From a virus, in IMG/VR virus record IMGVR_UViG_3300002835_000015, positions 94,799-158,798 of that record: DNA of 64,000 nucleotides. One strand, given 5' to 3'. Every line of letters starts with the position of its first letter. The first letter of the stretch is position 1. This document shows, one piece after another, positions 31,295 through 43,414 of the stretch. The position numbers were made by a program, and so were the translations under genes. The notes beneath the pieces were generated by a model that made no database searches, had not been told where the DNA came from, and saw only the letters and a list, made by a program, of their open reading frames with translations.

Positions 31295-31516
31295 TATAGA
31301 TCAATATTCACTTCATAATTGTTAAGTATTCTGTAAAACTCTTCTCTTATTTTGACTACAGCATCACGGGCATCTGTAAATGGATCACCATATTTTTCCC
31401 ATGTGCGTAATGCTTCGCTTAAATCCCATAATACTTTTTGCATACGGATTGCTTGATTCATTACGTCATACTCACGCTGATCTTCTGGAAGATCAAATTC
31501 AAATGTAGCTTTCATA

Positions 31517-31765
31517 TTATTCCTTAAATTTAACCATTAAATATGTACCAAGAAACGCTCCAGACGCTAGCGGGATTAAGTAATAAATGTTCTTACTATA
31601 TGATACTACGCCAAATGCCAGTAGACTGTAGATTATACTAGTCAAAACTGCTGCTGTAAAGGCCCGCTTTTTGTTAACGCTCATAATGTACCAAGCGTAT
31701 AACATATCAATTGCAACATAAGTAACAAAGATTGTTAGTGCGGTTATGTAAGAAAAATCATTCAT
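31517..31765 (-). CDS. Small three-TM membrane protein
   Basis: Hydrophobic helices; GAFLGTY. Confidence 0.6.
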   Translation of the reverse strand: MNDFSYITALTIFVTYVAIDMLYAWYIMSVNKKRAFTAAVLTSIIYSLLAFGVVSYSKNIYYLIPLASGAFLGTYLMVKFKE

Positions 31766-32785
31766 GGGAAATATCTCTTTCCATTTAAAGGATCATGATC
31801 ATATGGGTAATTGAATCCCCCTAAAACTTTTCGTTTTTTATCTTTGATAAAATGTAATACTTCAGTAAAACAATCTTCACACAAATCAATATCATACTCC
31901 ATACCATCATCCTTGCAACCATAACCCCAAGTAGCACCAAGACTAGCCCATGATGGCCCCATATTTATGGTATCACAAGATTGACCACAGCAATCGCAAA
32001 TGACATTATCAATTGCTTTTCTAATTTCTTCTTTGTATGTTTTCATCTTTTAACTTTACTTACTATGTAAAGTATAGATCGTGCCAATAATATGCCACAA
32101 CATACTTCAAATATTTTAAGCAGACTTGCTGACAACATCATATTTAACGTCCTGTTGATGAATCTTTGGCTTTTTATAGCCCATAAATACTTGGCTAGTA
32201 ATAACCCCCATACCAGTTATGAGAGTTACTACTATACCCACGATAAATATGGTAAAATTGTTCATTTGAATAAATTTCCTAAAGAAAGTATACTTGGAAC
32301 CCACAATCCTACGAATAGTGCCTGTTGCCTATTAAGGTCACTATCTCCTGCAAACCATAGTGTAACACTAAAAACAAAACTAGCAAATGCGGCAACAATA
32401 AAATAATTTCGACTGTTCATAATATTCCTTTTTGTTAAATTTGAAACCCCTTTAATATATCTAATATTCGTCGGGCTAACGCAGCGCCGCCGACAATTCT
32501 ACCATCAGTATAATCTTCACCATATCCAGCAGAAGATTCGTGATCTTTTTGATCTTGAACTTTTTCACTACACAGTTTGATAATCTCAAGTATTCTATCT
32601 TTTTGTTTCTGATTCATTTATATTAATACCTTGATTGTATCCTTCGTCATATGCTGCTTTTAGCCAATCTTTTATTTGTAACCAATTATCCACAGGATCT
32701 TTGGGGCATTTTACAAGATCATCGTATATTCTCTCCATTCGTAAAGAAAATGATTCGACTTCTTCTAGCCATTCATTAAAAGTCA

Positions 32786-33199
32786 TTATACCACCGTATT
32801 GTCAGTTGTCAACTCTCCATTACGAACAACATAATAAATAGGCTTGCCGGATGATCTAACATATTTTCGTCCACCATCAATCATATTACCATTATCAAAT
32901 GCTTTATAATCGTGATGGAATTGAGAATATTGTAAATTACCATCATCGTCTTCTATCATGCCAAAAGTTAGTGATTCTACGCCATCAGCATTACTAATGT
33001 AAGCTTTTCCATAATGCGGTCTTAATGAAAAATATCTGTTACCAAAATCTGGATGTGGAGTTTCCCTATAAAATATATCTGCTGGATTGTCATCGCTATT
33101 TATATCAGTAGTGCAAACATATTTAATAGGAACACCATCTCTTTGAGAATAATGCTCTACAATCTTATTTATATCGTTAATAGGAAAATGTTTTATCAT
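32786..33199 (-). CDS. Hypothetical phage protein
   Basis: ORF track; HHDY...IDGGRKY. Confidence 0.6.
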   Translation of the reverse strand: MIKHFPINDINKIVEHYSQRDGVPIKYVCTTDINSDDNPADIFYRETPHPDFGNRYFSLRPHYGKAYISNADGVESLTFGMIEDDDGNLQYSQFHHDYKAFDNGNMIDGGRKYVRSSGKPIYYVVRNGELTTDNTVV

Positions 33200-33601
33200 A
33201 GTAGTTTTTCTAGTTTTTTCTTAAGATCATTCATAACTTCTAATTCGATCTTCATGCATTCGGAAAGACCTTCCGGGCCACCGTGTATATCATCAAAGCT
33301 ATCTTCAATTAACCAAAGTATAACATCTATCTCGTCTTCTGTCAAGACTAGGTTTTTCATAAAATTTTGTGCTGTTTCAATATTTTATATAGATCTTTAA
33401 GCTCACTAATATCTATTCTCAGTTCATGTGGATCGCTATTATTATAACTGAAAACTCTCACAAGATAAGGTTTGTTTTTTAATTTTTTGTTATAGTGAAT
33501 TTCTATTAAGTCATATTCAAGGACTATGGTGCGAAATAGTGTCATAATGAGATACCTAGCCAACTACTAAAAACTTCATTGGCTAGGCAATCTCACTAAA
33601 T

Positions 33602-33811
33602 TCAGTTACAGCAACTGCTGCCGCACTGGCGACTCTGCCTAGCCTTCTTTACAATACGAAATGGTGCTGTTAGAACACGCTTTGTTACGCTCACAACCGT
33701 TGATCCAGCCTTCCTAACTGGATTAGTCGAACATGACCCGCTGCAACAATCTGCACTAGCAAGTGTAGCAGACCCAAGAACAATTGCAACCGCACAAATT
33801 AGATTCTTCAT
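33602..33811 (-). CDS. Secreted Cys-rich basic peptide (paralog of 38774-39103)
   Basis: Signal peptide, CCSGSC, PVRK...VLTAPFR, terminal CC; AGGAG RBS. Confidence 0.65.
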   Translation of the reverse strand: MKNLICAVAIVLGSATLASADCCSGSCSTNPVRKAGSTVVSVTKRVLTAPFRIVKKARQSRQCGSSCCN

Positions 33812-34690
33812 AAATTCTCCTTAATTAGAAATTAAAACAAAAGAATAGGTAAGGCGGGCCAATGGTTAAATTATCCCGCCCTACCATATTCAACAATTAT
33901 AATTGAACAAAGAGTTCGCCTTTTGGTCTAAGCCAAGGACTAACCTTTGACAATTTTACCATCTTGTTGATTCTACCACGATTGTCTTTGTGGCGACCAA
34001 TAATATGGATTTCTCCTTCAACGTCTTTTTGTGTCCAAGTATAGTTATTGATTACGCTATTTGGATCAACGTTATCATCACCGTAGATTTCACCTTGAAC
34101 ATGAAATTTTACAACTCTGTCAAATATTTTAGCCATGATACACCTCTCTTTATTTATGATTATATAGTTTGTCGGGCCTTACGAGAAAATTCTGATCCTT
34201 TTCCCACTACAGATTCTACAATATGATCTTCTAAAACTTCTGGACAGAATTTATTGATTTCACTTTGTAGAGTATCAACTGGATAGTTGATTTTCTCCTT
34301 GAAGAAGTAATCTTTAAATTCTTCTAGTAGCTCTAGGTTATCCATTCTACTTGTAATGTAGTCTGTATACCTTCTAACAACATAGGGTTTATTATCTTCC
34401 GTAATTGTCATTATACGTTTCATGATTACCTCCCACTCTTTGTTAAAGTGGCTGGGCCTTTCATGTCTTCCCAATTATCCACTAGCACATCTGGTGCTTC
34501 GTGTCTAATCTCTGCCTCTAACGCAGAAACGGAAGAATGATCTTTCTCGACCTCTAGATAATCTCTTAGTCTATCTTTAATCTCCATAAAGTTTAAAGAT
34601 CCTAAAATATGGTCGATATACTTACGTTGAAACTCAGTCCTATTCTGTTCTGTTAAAACTTTAGTCTTCATAAATCACCTCATAGAAAAA

Positions 34691-34800
34691 GTTAGATACC
34701 TTTCTATGATTCCTTTGTTCTCCGTAGTTCCACCACAGCTAACTCAGGCTTCGTAGTAACATCGAAAGATGTTTAAGCGGCAGATTCCCACCGCATCTAA
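34691..34800 (-). ncRNA. Candidate structured small RNA
   Basis: Intergenic; closing helix TTAGATGC/GTATCTAA; hairpins GCGGTGG-GAAT-CTGCCGC and AACATC-TTTC-GATGTT; TATAAT just upstream. Confidence 0.4.
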
Positions 34801-36544
34801 ATTATTATAGCCCCTAACCTTTTTCAGACACACTAATTTTTTCTACAGGTGTAGGATTATTTTCTTATTTTATAAGTTAGGAAAATAGTTCATTCTTGAG
34901 GAACAATCTTATTGTCATCAACAACACACTGTCTCAAAAGATTAACAGCAGTTTCCAATAAGGAATTGGTTGTTTTCAAATCATCAGCAAGAGTATGTTC
35001 TATATTACCACCATTAAGAAGTCCTAACATAAAAAGTCTTTCTTCATAATCAAGCAAGAACTCTTGAACATCTTTTCTGAGTTTATCGTTCATTCTTCAT
35101 TCTCTCTATACAAAGGATAGTCTTGTTCATTCTTTAGTAGTTTTTCGGCCAATCCCAATATCTCCCGCTCACTCCAACCACTAAAATATCCCCTCATATA
35201 AATTTGGGTCAATTCATTACGAGGAGTATTCTCATAATATTTCTGCACAGATTCTATCCAAGTTTTGGTGGCTTGTTGTAGACGATTCATTTGTTATACT
35301 CAACTATCCTATCTATAAATTTTAGACATTGCATAAATGCAATAAAATAAAGAAGATAATATTCCCAACGAGGTATAGTTATCATTAGTTATTCTCCAAA
35401 TATTCACAAATCATACTACTCAAACCTATTGGCACAATTACTACAAAAAACAAAAATCCCAAAATCAATAGTGAGTATACTATAATATCCTCTTTAGTTA
35501 GTTTCATTTCTTTTCCTCAAAGACTTTCATAAAATTTTCTTTCTGTTCTTTAGTGGGTCTTAAAATCACAGGGTTGTCTTTAGGATTCGCCCACAATGGA
35601 ATAATATGTCCATCAGAACAGTTATTTCGATGAGCAACTGCTTGATGATATGATACAAAAACAGAATAAGAATCTGGTTGCATAACGGCCCATGCCATAG
35701 GCTCTCGTTCAATCATCATTTCTTTTCCCTGCAAAAAAAGTTTCGTTCCATACAAATCCTAACAAAAATCCAACAGATAGCATATTAATCAAAGGATCGC
35801 TCCAAACTAAAAGAGAACATATAAAAATAGCAGTGCTAAAATAGACTATTACTACTTTATGTATTATAGTCCAATCCATAATTACTTATTCTCCAAATCA
35901 GTTGGTCGATAACAACCGCCATATACTAGCATTGTTTTATCAGCACATTGTTCCCATAACACTTCTCGTTCTTTTAGTCTACGAATCTCTGCAATTAATT
36001 GTCCAACAACTTCATCACCAGGAGGAGGAAGCAAATGTCTACAAATATCCATGCGACCTATTTCATCTTGTTCCATTAGTTATTCTCCAATAGTTTCTTC
36101 TAACAGACTAATAGCCGTTTCTAAAAACAAATCATAATCGGCCAATCCCATAGTCTCATCATCAATAGTATTATCCCAACTAACAATAAAGTTCTTGATT
36201 CTATCCTTGAGTTCGTTAGTCATTATTTTTCTCCAAATTTTACTTTTTAAACTTAATAGTAATCTTGTCAATATTCTCTCTTAGTTTCAATAGATCGTCC
36301 ATAGTCAAGAACTTGATCCTTTTAATAGTTTGGAACTTCACATGATCTTTTGTTCGTTCAAAATCTATTTGATAAGTTTTCCCCTCATCAAGAGTATAAA
36401 TGGTAGGTTCGATCATTTTGTGGGTTTCATAGGATTTTACTCTGATGGTAGTTTACCATAACATCGTCACTTGTCAATAGCAATCTTGAGCGTTTTTTAG
36501 GGTAAAAGTTGAGTTTTGGTGTAAAAATATTGAGTGAGGAATTT

Positions 36545-37066
36545 ATGAAAAAAACTTGTTATAAATGTAAAATAGAAAAAGATAGATTAACAGACTTTTA
36601 TTTAAATGCTTCTGCTTGCAAGAAATGTTCTATCGAAAGAGGTAAAGAATACTATCAAAAAAATAAAGATAAGTTTAAGGAATATAAACATAATAATATT
36701 GAGAAATTTAGAGAATACCAAAGAAACTATTGGAATGAAAGAAGAAGAAAAGATCCAACATTAAGATTAATTCATAATCATAGAACAAGAGTTAGACAAG
36801 CATTAAATGGTATTTATAAATCTGAAAGTTCATTAGTATTATTAGGATGCAAAACAGAAGAACTTAAAAAGCATATTGAGTCATTGTTTATGGAAGGAAT
36901 GAACTGGTTAAATTATGGAGAATGGGAAATTGACCATATTCGCCCATGTTCCTCTTTTGACTTATCTGATCCAAAACAACAAGAAGAATGTTTTCACTAT
37001 ACTAATTTACAGCCTTTATGGAAGCATGATAATCGGCTAAAAAGTGATAAAACAGATTCTATTTGA
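36545..37066 (+). CDS. HNH/endonuclease-VII-like homing endonuclease
   Basis: CxxC pairs; WEIDHIRP...HYTNLQPLW; GAGG RBS; opposite strand to its neighbours. Confidence 0.82.
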   Translation: MKKTCYKCKIEKDRLTDFYLNASACKKCSIERGKEYYQKNKDKFKEYKHNNIEKFREYQRNYWNERRRKDPTLRLIHNHRTRVRQALNGIYKSESSLVLLGCKTEELKKHIESLFMEGMNWLNYGEWEIDHIRPCSSFDLSDPKQQEECFHYTNLQPLWKHDNRLKSDKTDSI

Positions 37067-38629
37067 TTAGCGGTTCATTTCCCACAATTAACCTTTTCAT
37101 TTGGTTGAGTTTGGGCTTCTAACCCATTAATATGCCTAATCAATATATGAATATTAATACTGTCATTCGGTCTATTAAGCAAAGAGTCCTTCAAAATTTG
37201 CTCCAATAGAACACTTTCTTTCTGTGAAATTAGGATACTCTTATACATTCCAAAACCTTCATTTTCCCCGTTAAATATTAAGAAAAATACCAATACCACA
37301 ATGAACCAGTATACCAGAGAAAGCACTGGTTGTCAATAGGGTATATCGGCCATTTCCATAACCGGCCTTTAACCATTTTCCATCACGGCCATAAGCAATA
37401 AGTAAAAATTGTTCACATTTAATAGTAAACAAGATCTATTAGCTTTTATTCAGCCACTTTTGCCGTATTATAGGATGGACTTGATGTATATTCAGGGGTA
37501 TTTGGGGCTTGTGAAAATGATTTATAAATAAAATAATGAGCAGAAGCCATAGAAACTATAGTGACAAATGCAATTATGAATAAACTTTTGATAAAAGGAA
37601 CATGAAATTGATTCTTTTTCATTTTTCGCCCTTTGAGATAAGAATGGTGAAAATAGTACAAAATATGTAAAGGACTCCCATGAAAATCCAGACTGTTAAT
37701 TCCTGACTACTCACAAGGATACCCGTATGTTTGTTGCAGATAGTTAATTGATAGGCCATATAATATTAATGAACAATATAAAATGATCAAACCATAATCC
37801 TGTAATATTCCTAATTCATTATCGGCCATAATATTTCATTATCCTGTATAGGGCGTATATGGAAAGTATTAGTAGTAGTGATGATAGTATCATTGCTGTG
37901 TTCTTATCTTTTATTAAGACGGGCAATAATGGTTTTCTAACTATGATATTACTCAATAGATTCATAGAGCCCAATGTATCCATAAATTCTTGAGTCGTGT
38001 TAACAATGATGGAAATCGGAATTCTTGATTATTTATACTATGAATATTCTCAACCACTTTTACTTTTCTTTTTTTACCAATTCTTGTTGGTATTTTAGTC
38101 ATAAAATTTCCCCGTTTTGACTGACTGTTCCCATAAATCCCAAATCCAGAAGTTTAGGTGAGACTATATGGAATATGATACAGATTATAATAAAATCAAT
38201 TGAATAAAAAACAAGCTGACTACATAATCTCGCTGACTATTTCCATAATTTCCAAATCCGGAATATTAGGTGAGACTATCGGGATGGTATTCTATCTTGG
38301 GAATATGATTATCACCACCATCAACCGTTTGTATAATATCTATAACCAAAATTGATTGTGGTAGATTCCCACCATCTTGTTGAAACTTAGTGACTAGTTT
38401 CTGAATCTGCTGACAAATATATTCACATTCAATATTCTTATTAAGAGCAATTGCAAACTTCATAATCTATCGCTGACTGTTTCTATAATTTTCAAATCGA
38501 GAAGTTTAGGTGTGACTAAGGGGTATAGAAAAAGTTCTGACTATAATAATCCCACTGACTGTTATCATAAAAATCGACCCGAAAAGATAGCCTGAGACAA
38601 ATCAGACTATCATAATTGACTTATAAAAA

Positions 38630-38702
38630 AGCAACAAGCGGGATTCGAACCCGCGACAGCCAGATTGGAAATCTAGTACTCTACCAACTGAGTTATTGTT
38701 GC
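38630..38702 (-). tRNA. tRNA-Gly(TCC)
   Basis: Cloverleaf; CTAGA-TT-TCC-AA-TCTGG. Confidence 0.9.
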
Positions 38703-38773
38703 ATCTAAGGAAAAACCCCGAATACATTGTTAAGAGGTATCCGGGGCATTTTCCCTAAATTTTGTTAGTTAAT

Positions 38774-39103
38774 TCACTGACAGCAACTTACAGTTGTGGA
38801 ACGATTAACAAGACGGCGCCTTAGTGGTTGATACTTTACAACTTCCTTTGTTGAAGTTGAACCACAGTTACAGACTGGGGCACAGTTACAAACATCAACA
38901 GATGCTACTGTTTCAGTACAACTCTTTGGGGCAGCAACTACTGCTACCGCACGAACAGGAGCAAGAACAATGTTCTTACTAATAGTTACAACCTTACGAA
39001 CTGGCTGAAGTGGGGCACGGCAAACACCGTTAGCACAATCACCAGCATAAGATGAACTAACAAAACCGAAAACTAGCATAAGTGCAATAATAGCATTCTT
39101 CAT
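38774..39103 (-). CDS. Secreted Cys-rich peptide
   Basis: Signal peptide; CANGVC, PVRK...VLAPVR, terminal CC. Confidence 0.7.
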   Translation of the reverse strand: MKNAIIALMLVFGFVSSSYAGDCANGVCRAPLQPVRKVVTISKNIVLAPVRAVAVVAAPKSCTETVASVDVCNCAPVCNCGSTSTKEVVKYQPLRRRLVNRSTTVSCCQ

Positions 39104-39695
39104 AAAATCTCCTTAGTTAAAGTTACAATCCATAATAAAAGAAAGGGTCAAGTTAGCAACCTGACTACTTCTTGTCTTCTTCCTCCTGAAGAAGTTCTTT
39201 TGATATCTCGTTATAGAGAATATCAGAGTTCTGTTGTTTTATATAAGAGTATGGGTCCAAGTTAATATCTTTAGTGGTATATTGATAAGAATCTTGTAAC
39301 AGAATAGTTTCAGTATGTTGCCAAGCTTTCTCATGAAGAGAAGGAACACCTGTTACAGTTTTATCAAATGATAGTGTTATAGTTAGTACTAATGGCAATA
39401 TCATATACTAATATCAGTTATTATAAAACCCGCTAGCAAAACCAAAGCACATACCAACGATCAGACATAGTTCAATCATACATGTCTCCAAAATGGTTAC
39501 GATCACACCACCATTGTAACACAAGTGACACTCGACGCAAGTGCTTGTCTCTTAACGACTTACGATACTTGGTACTATTACTTAAAAATTTGATCCTTGA
39601 CAAGACCCCTGAAATGTATTATATTTATGCAGCTGGGTAGATATATTATATACTCTATCACCCATCCCTATAGTTAATAATCAGGAGAATTTAGT

Positions 39696-39860
39696 ATGGA
39701 TGATCTTATATTTTCAACAGTTGGAAAATTATATATTGAATTAATAAGAGTTCAAAAAATAGCAGAAGTACAACAAGCCAGAATAGCAGAATTAGAGGGA
39801 ATAATTAGTAATCAAAGTTCTACACAAAAACAATCAGCAAAAGACGGCGGAAAACCATAG
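39696..39860 (+). CDS. 54-aa coiled-coil-like peptide (below ORF-track cutoff)
   Basis: AGGAG RBS; TTGACA at 39597. Confidence 0.5.
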   Translation: MDDLIFSTVGKLYIELIRVQKIAEVQQARIAELEGIISNQSSTQKQSAKDGGKP

Positions 39861-39870
39861 TTAGAATGTG

Positions 39871-40068
39871 CTAAATGTTTTTAAGATCCAAGTTCCATTT
39901 TTTCTTAGCAAATCTTTTCAATGGATGAATCGCCCGTTCACCAACATGTAAAGAATAAAATGGTTGACTATGATCAAAAGGATAAATCTTAGCAATACTA
40001 CCATTACCATATTCAATTACAAAACCTTTTTTCTCCAAAGCTTTCATAATCTGATTAATATTTTTCAC
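39871..40068 (-). CDS. HicA-like small protein
   Basis: IMKALEKKGFVIEYGNGSIAKI resembles the HicA fold, but the catalytic His of GSH is replaced. Confidence 0.35.
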   Translation of the reverse strand: MKNINQIMKALEKKGFVIEYGNGSIAKIYPFDHSQPFYSLHVGERAIHPLKRFAKKKWNLDLKNI

Positions 40069-40840
40069 AACCTTGTGCCTCCGTAATTATACAGAAGAAA
40101 TCCAGAAGCTATAAAAGACACATAGAACAAAATCATTAGTATAGTAATCATTCTAACTCCGTAATACTCTCTATATTTTCTGGCCCAAAATCCCCAAAGA
40201 ACTCAGGATCAATATAAAGTTGATCACTTAAATATTTAGCAATCTTCTCTTTGTCATAAGATTTACTATCGGTGCTATGATCATATAAACAATATTCATC
40301 ATCAACACCCAGTTCAATCACAACCTTAATAAGCTTCATATAAGGACTCCCATAACAACCCAGACTACTCTTGACTACTCCATATAGCAAAATATTTTTA
40401 GGGAATAAATAATCGTTATATAATATTCCACCAGTTTATTATCCTGCATCACACTACCATTGTACCATACGTTACTATTTGACGCAAGTTGTTGTGTTTC
40501 ATAGGGTTACGACAAGTCTACCATATTACTATTTCGGAATATTGGCTGACTATCAGCAACGACAGCAAATCTGGTGGATTACATAGGACAAAAGAATAGG
40601 AATAAGATATATTGTAATAAGACTCACACTAAAAATATCAAATATCATTCTTGTCCTAACTCCTTACAGGATCAGCACTTACATCCATTGTATCGTCATT
40701 CCATCCATTCGTCTATAGGGCCGGTTTGAGATACTTTCGCTAAGTCTAGTAGCCACAAGAGTTTACGACAAAGTTTCGCGGCCCCGTTTTTCGCAAAGTC
40801 TTGTCCCATAAGGGTTTACGTCGAGTGGTCTAAATATCAA

Positions 40841-40879
40841 AAGAAGAACCGCCGCAGGATTGCTCCCACGGCGGTTCCC
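40841..40879 (-). terminator. Terminator after DUF932 gene
   Basis: GAACCGCCG...CGGCGGTTC hairpin plus T-rich tail on minus. Confidence 0.7.
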
Positions 40880-40902
40880 CTCAGATCACCCTGCCACGAA
40901 GA

Positions 40903-41850
40903 TCAAACGGCGTTCGCAAACTCCATCGCCTTTTCCAAGGCCTTGATATTGTCGTTAGCATTAGCACCGAACCAGAGAGAGTCGAGGCGATTATCCTCAG
41001 TTCGACCCTTATTATAGTTCAGATATTCATTGTAACCATTATAAGCAGCCCACCAAGTACCACGCACATTCGTGGCCGATTGCTTCGGGCCTTCAACGAG
41101 GGCCAGAATCTCGTCCATGATATTACGGGTACGAGTCTTAATATCATCATCAACAGTACCTTCGATACCAAGCATCGTCTTTACATAGCGACGAATATCG
41201 CCCTGATTAAAGTTCTTCGACGCAAGAAATCGGAACTGCTCCGCAGTAGCCTCAAACTGTGAGTTGATATTATCCATGATATCACGAACCTGTTCCAGAT
41301 TATTCTTGCTGGAACGAGTATGGCGAATCCTAATAAGTTGGCTACTCTTATTATTATGGGCCATAGCCAGAGTATTCACGCATACGACACGAATAGGCGT
41401 ATAGCCAACACGAATCGCGGTCGTACCATCGTGCGAGTTACTAAGTAGAATAAACTTACTAACATCATCACCCGGAACAATCTCGCTGCTATCACGGTTG
41501 AGTTGTGCGAGAACCCAAACCTTTTGACCACTGTGAAGCGAACCAGCGGTATGGATGCCACACTCGCCAGCATCAATAAATGGCTGGAACCAATCAAAAG
41601 AATCCTTATTCTGGAGCGGCGTATAACGCGGCCCCACAACACCAAGGATACTACCGTCAGTCTTACGGTATGTAGCACGATGCGAAACCGGAACACCGTC
41701 AACGGTTTGCAGATCCTTAAGTCCAACTTCCCAATCCAGACCAGCAGCGACAATAGCATCTTCGACGCCAATATCAGCATCGACCTTATTGCCAAGACCG
41801 TGCCAAGGGGTAGCACCAACAAACATCATCTGTTCAACAGCAGCAGGCAT
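40903..41850 (-). CDS. DUF932-family phage/plasmid protein
   Basis: TPWHGLG, LLSNSHDG, TPIRVVCVNT, GTWWAAYN. Confidence 0.88.
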   Translation of the reverse strand: MPAAVEQMMFVGATPWHGLGNKVDADIGVEDAIVAAGLDWEVGLKDLQTVDGVPVSHRATYRKTDGSILGVVGPRYTPLQNKDSFDWFQPFIDAGECGIHTAGSLHSGQKVWVLAQLNRDSSEIVPGDDVSKFILLSNSHDGTTAIRVGYTPIRVVCVNTLAMAHNNKSSQLIRIRHTRSSKNNLEQVRDIMDNINSQFEATAEQFRFLASKNFNQGDIRRYVKTMLGIEGTVDDDIKTRTRNIMDEILALVEGPKQSATNVRGTWWAAYNGYNEYLNYNKGRTEDNRLDSLWFGANANDNIKALEKAMEFANAV

Positions 41851-41892
41851 ATCTAACTCCTTCGTGTAGGTTTCTCGTTCTCTGATGCACTG

Positions 41893-41920
41893 ATTATACA
41901 GTATGTTATCGGCGTGTCAA
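41893..41920 (-). promoter_or_regulatory. Consensus sigma70 promoter with GCCGATAA in the spacer
   Basis: Minus strand TTGACACGCCGATAACATACTGTATAAT. Confidence 0.8.
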
Positions 41921-42018
41921 GGGCCAAACTTGCGAAAAAATCTATTCGTCGTAAGTCGTTTTGCAGCAAGAGTTTACGTCGCGGCCGGGCCAGCAGGCTC
42001 ATCGTAAAGTCTTATGGG

Positions 42019-42513
42019 CTATAGATTTAGGAGAGGCAGTCCCAAGTCACGCTCACAAAGTTTAGAACCTTCATGGTCATCAGGATATCCACACTCTTCG
42101 GGCAGATAGCAATATACACCCAATGCTCTCGCTCTTGGATATTCTTCTTTAATAGTATCCGTAATATGCTTTATCGTTTTTCCAGAGCAAATAAGATCAT
42201 CAATAACCACATACCTAAAAGGAGCAACCCCCTCAGTTGTAAAATCGCTATATCTTCTTTCATCTTTTCTTACCACCAAAATGTTTTTGTTAAGAATCTC
42301 AGCAATCTGTGGAACAACCATCAGACCACTTACTCCGCAACAAGCGATACTGTCAAAGTCTTTACTAATCTTTCGCAGATCACAAACAGCCTTAATAATA
42401 ATCTTATTTCTAATCTTATGATTCAATACATGGCAAGTGTGGCTAGCACCTTGAATGATTCCGCCATCGGTATTACGAACTTCTTCGATTTGCATTTCGT
42501 TTAACGATTTCAT
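42019..42513 (-). CDS. Type I phosphoribosyltransferase
   Basis: VVIDDLICSGKTI PRPP-binding motif. Confidence 0.82.
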   Translation of the reverse strand: MKSLNEMQIEEVRNTDGGIIQGASHTCHVLNHKIRNKIIIKAVCDLRKISKDFDSIACCGVSGLMVVPQIAEILNKNILVVRKDERRYSDFTTEGVAPFRYVVIDDLICSGKTIKHITDTIKEEYPRARALGVYCYLPEECGYPDDHEGSKLCERDLGLPLLNL

Positions 42514-42516
42514 AAA

Positions 42517-42600
42517 TACGGACGGTACGATTCGAACGTACTAGAAGAGAGAAAGGATAATCCTTATAATAGATACTTGTCCCACCAAGTCGCATCCGTA
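42517..42600 (-). ncRNA. Non-canonical tRNA-like element
   Basis: 8-bp acceptor TACGGATG/CGTCCGTA, T arm GTACG-TTCGAAT-CGTAC, D-like ACTTG/CAAGT; atypical middle region. Confidence 0.55.
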
Positions 42601-42610
42601 ACGAGAGAGT

Positions 42611-42769
42611 TTATTCATCATCCAGTTCGTTAGCGATAGAGTGATAATCAAACTCCCAAGAGTTTTTCATATCTTCAATATCGTTATCATCCTCAAAAAC
42701 GAGATCGTCATCGTACAACTCGTCGATGTTGCTAGAATCATAATAATCACGATCATCATAATAAAGCAT
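42611..42769 (-). CDS. 52-aa highly acidic peptide
   Basis: GGAGAGG RBS; own TTGACA/TAGAAT promoter; 21 of 52 residues are D/E. Confidence 0.65.
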   Translation of the reverse strand: MLYYDDRDYYDSSNIDELYDDDLVFEDDNDIEDMKNSWEFDYHSIANELDDE

Positions 42770-42820
42770 AATACCTCTCCTTCAACCACTATTCTACACC
42801 AACGATCAACGATTGTCAAG

Positions 42821-42893
42821 TGGGGCCTGTGGGACTCGAACCCACGACCAAAGGTTTAAAAGACCCTTGCTCTACCAACTGAGCTAAAGCCCC
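42821..42893 (-). tRNA. tRNA-Lys(TTT)
   Basis: Cloverleaf; AGGGT-CT-TTT-AA-ACCTT. Confidence 0.92.
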
Positions 42894-43414
42894 AACTTAG
42901 CCGTATTATAACGGCATTTTTTCAGTTGTCAACCCCTACATTTTCGTAAGAGAAGGACTCTATTGGATACCCAGTTTTTTGAGATAGCACATCGAACATA
43001 TCATTCAAATCAATATCTTCTGGTACACTCAACCGGCACTCTGTCATAATCTTTTCAGAACCAATAGCAGTTTCACTAAACATATTATAGAAACGAATGG
43101 TTTTCATACTCTCTCCTTTGGTGGGATTCTACTCTAGAGCTATCGACTTGTCAAGAGGTCAAACTATAGTTTTTCTCGCTGACTATCTTCCACAATCGCA
43201 AATCCGTAGGATTAGGTAATCCAGTGGGTGTTTTTGTTTGGGCAGAACACCAAAAACTGCTCAGAACGCCAGCCTCCGTTTTGGTATTGTACTCTAGTTA
43301 TCGGCACTTGTCAATAGGATTCTTTAACTTGGTCTAAGTGCTTATACATAAAGAGTTTATAACAAAACCGGCCGCCAGCGTTTGACGTAAAGTCTTATGT
43401 CTCAATACTTTAAG

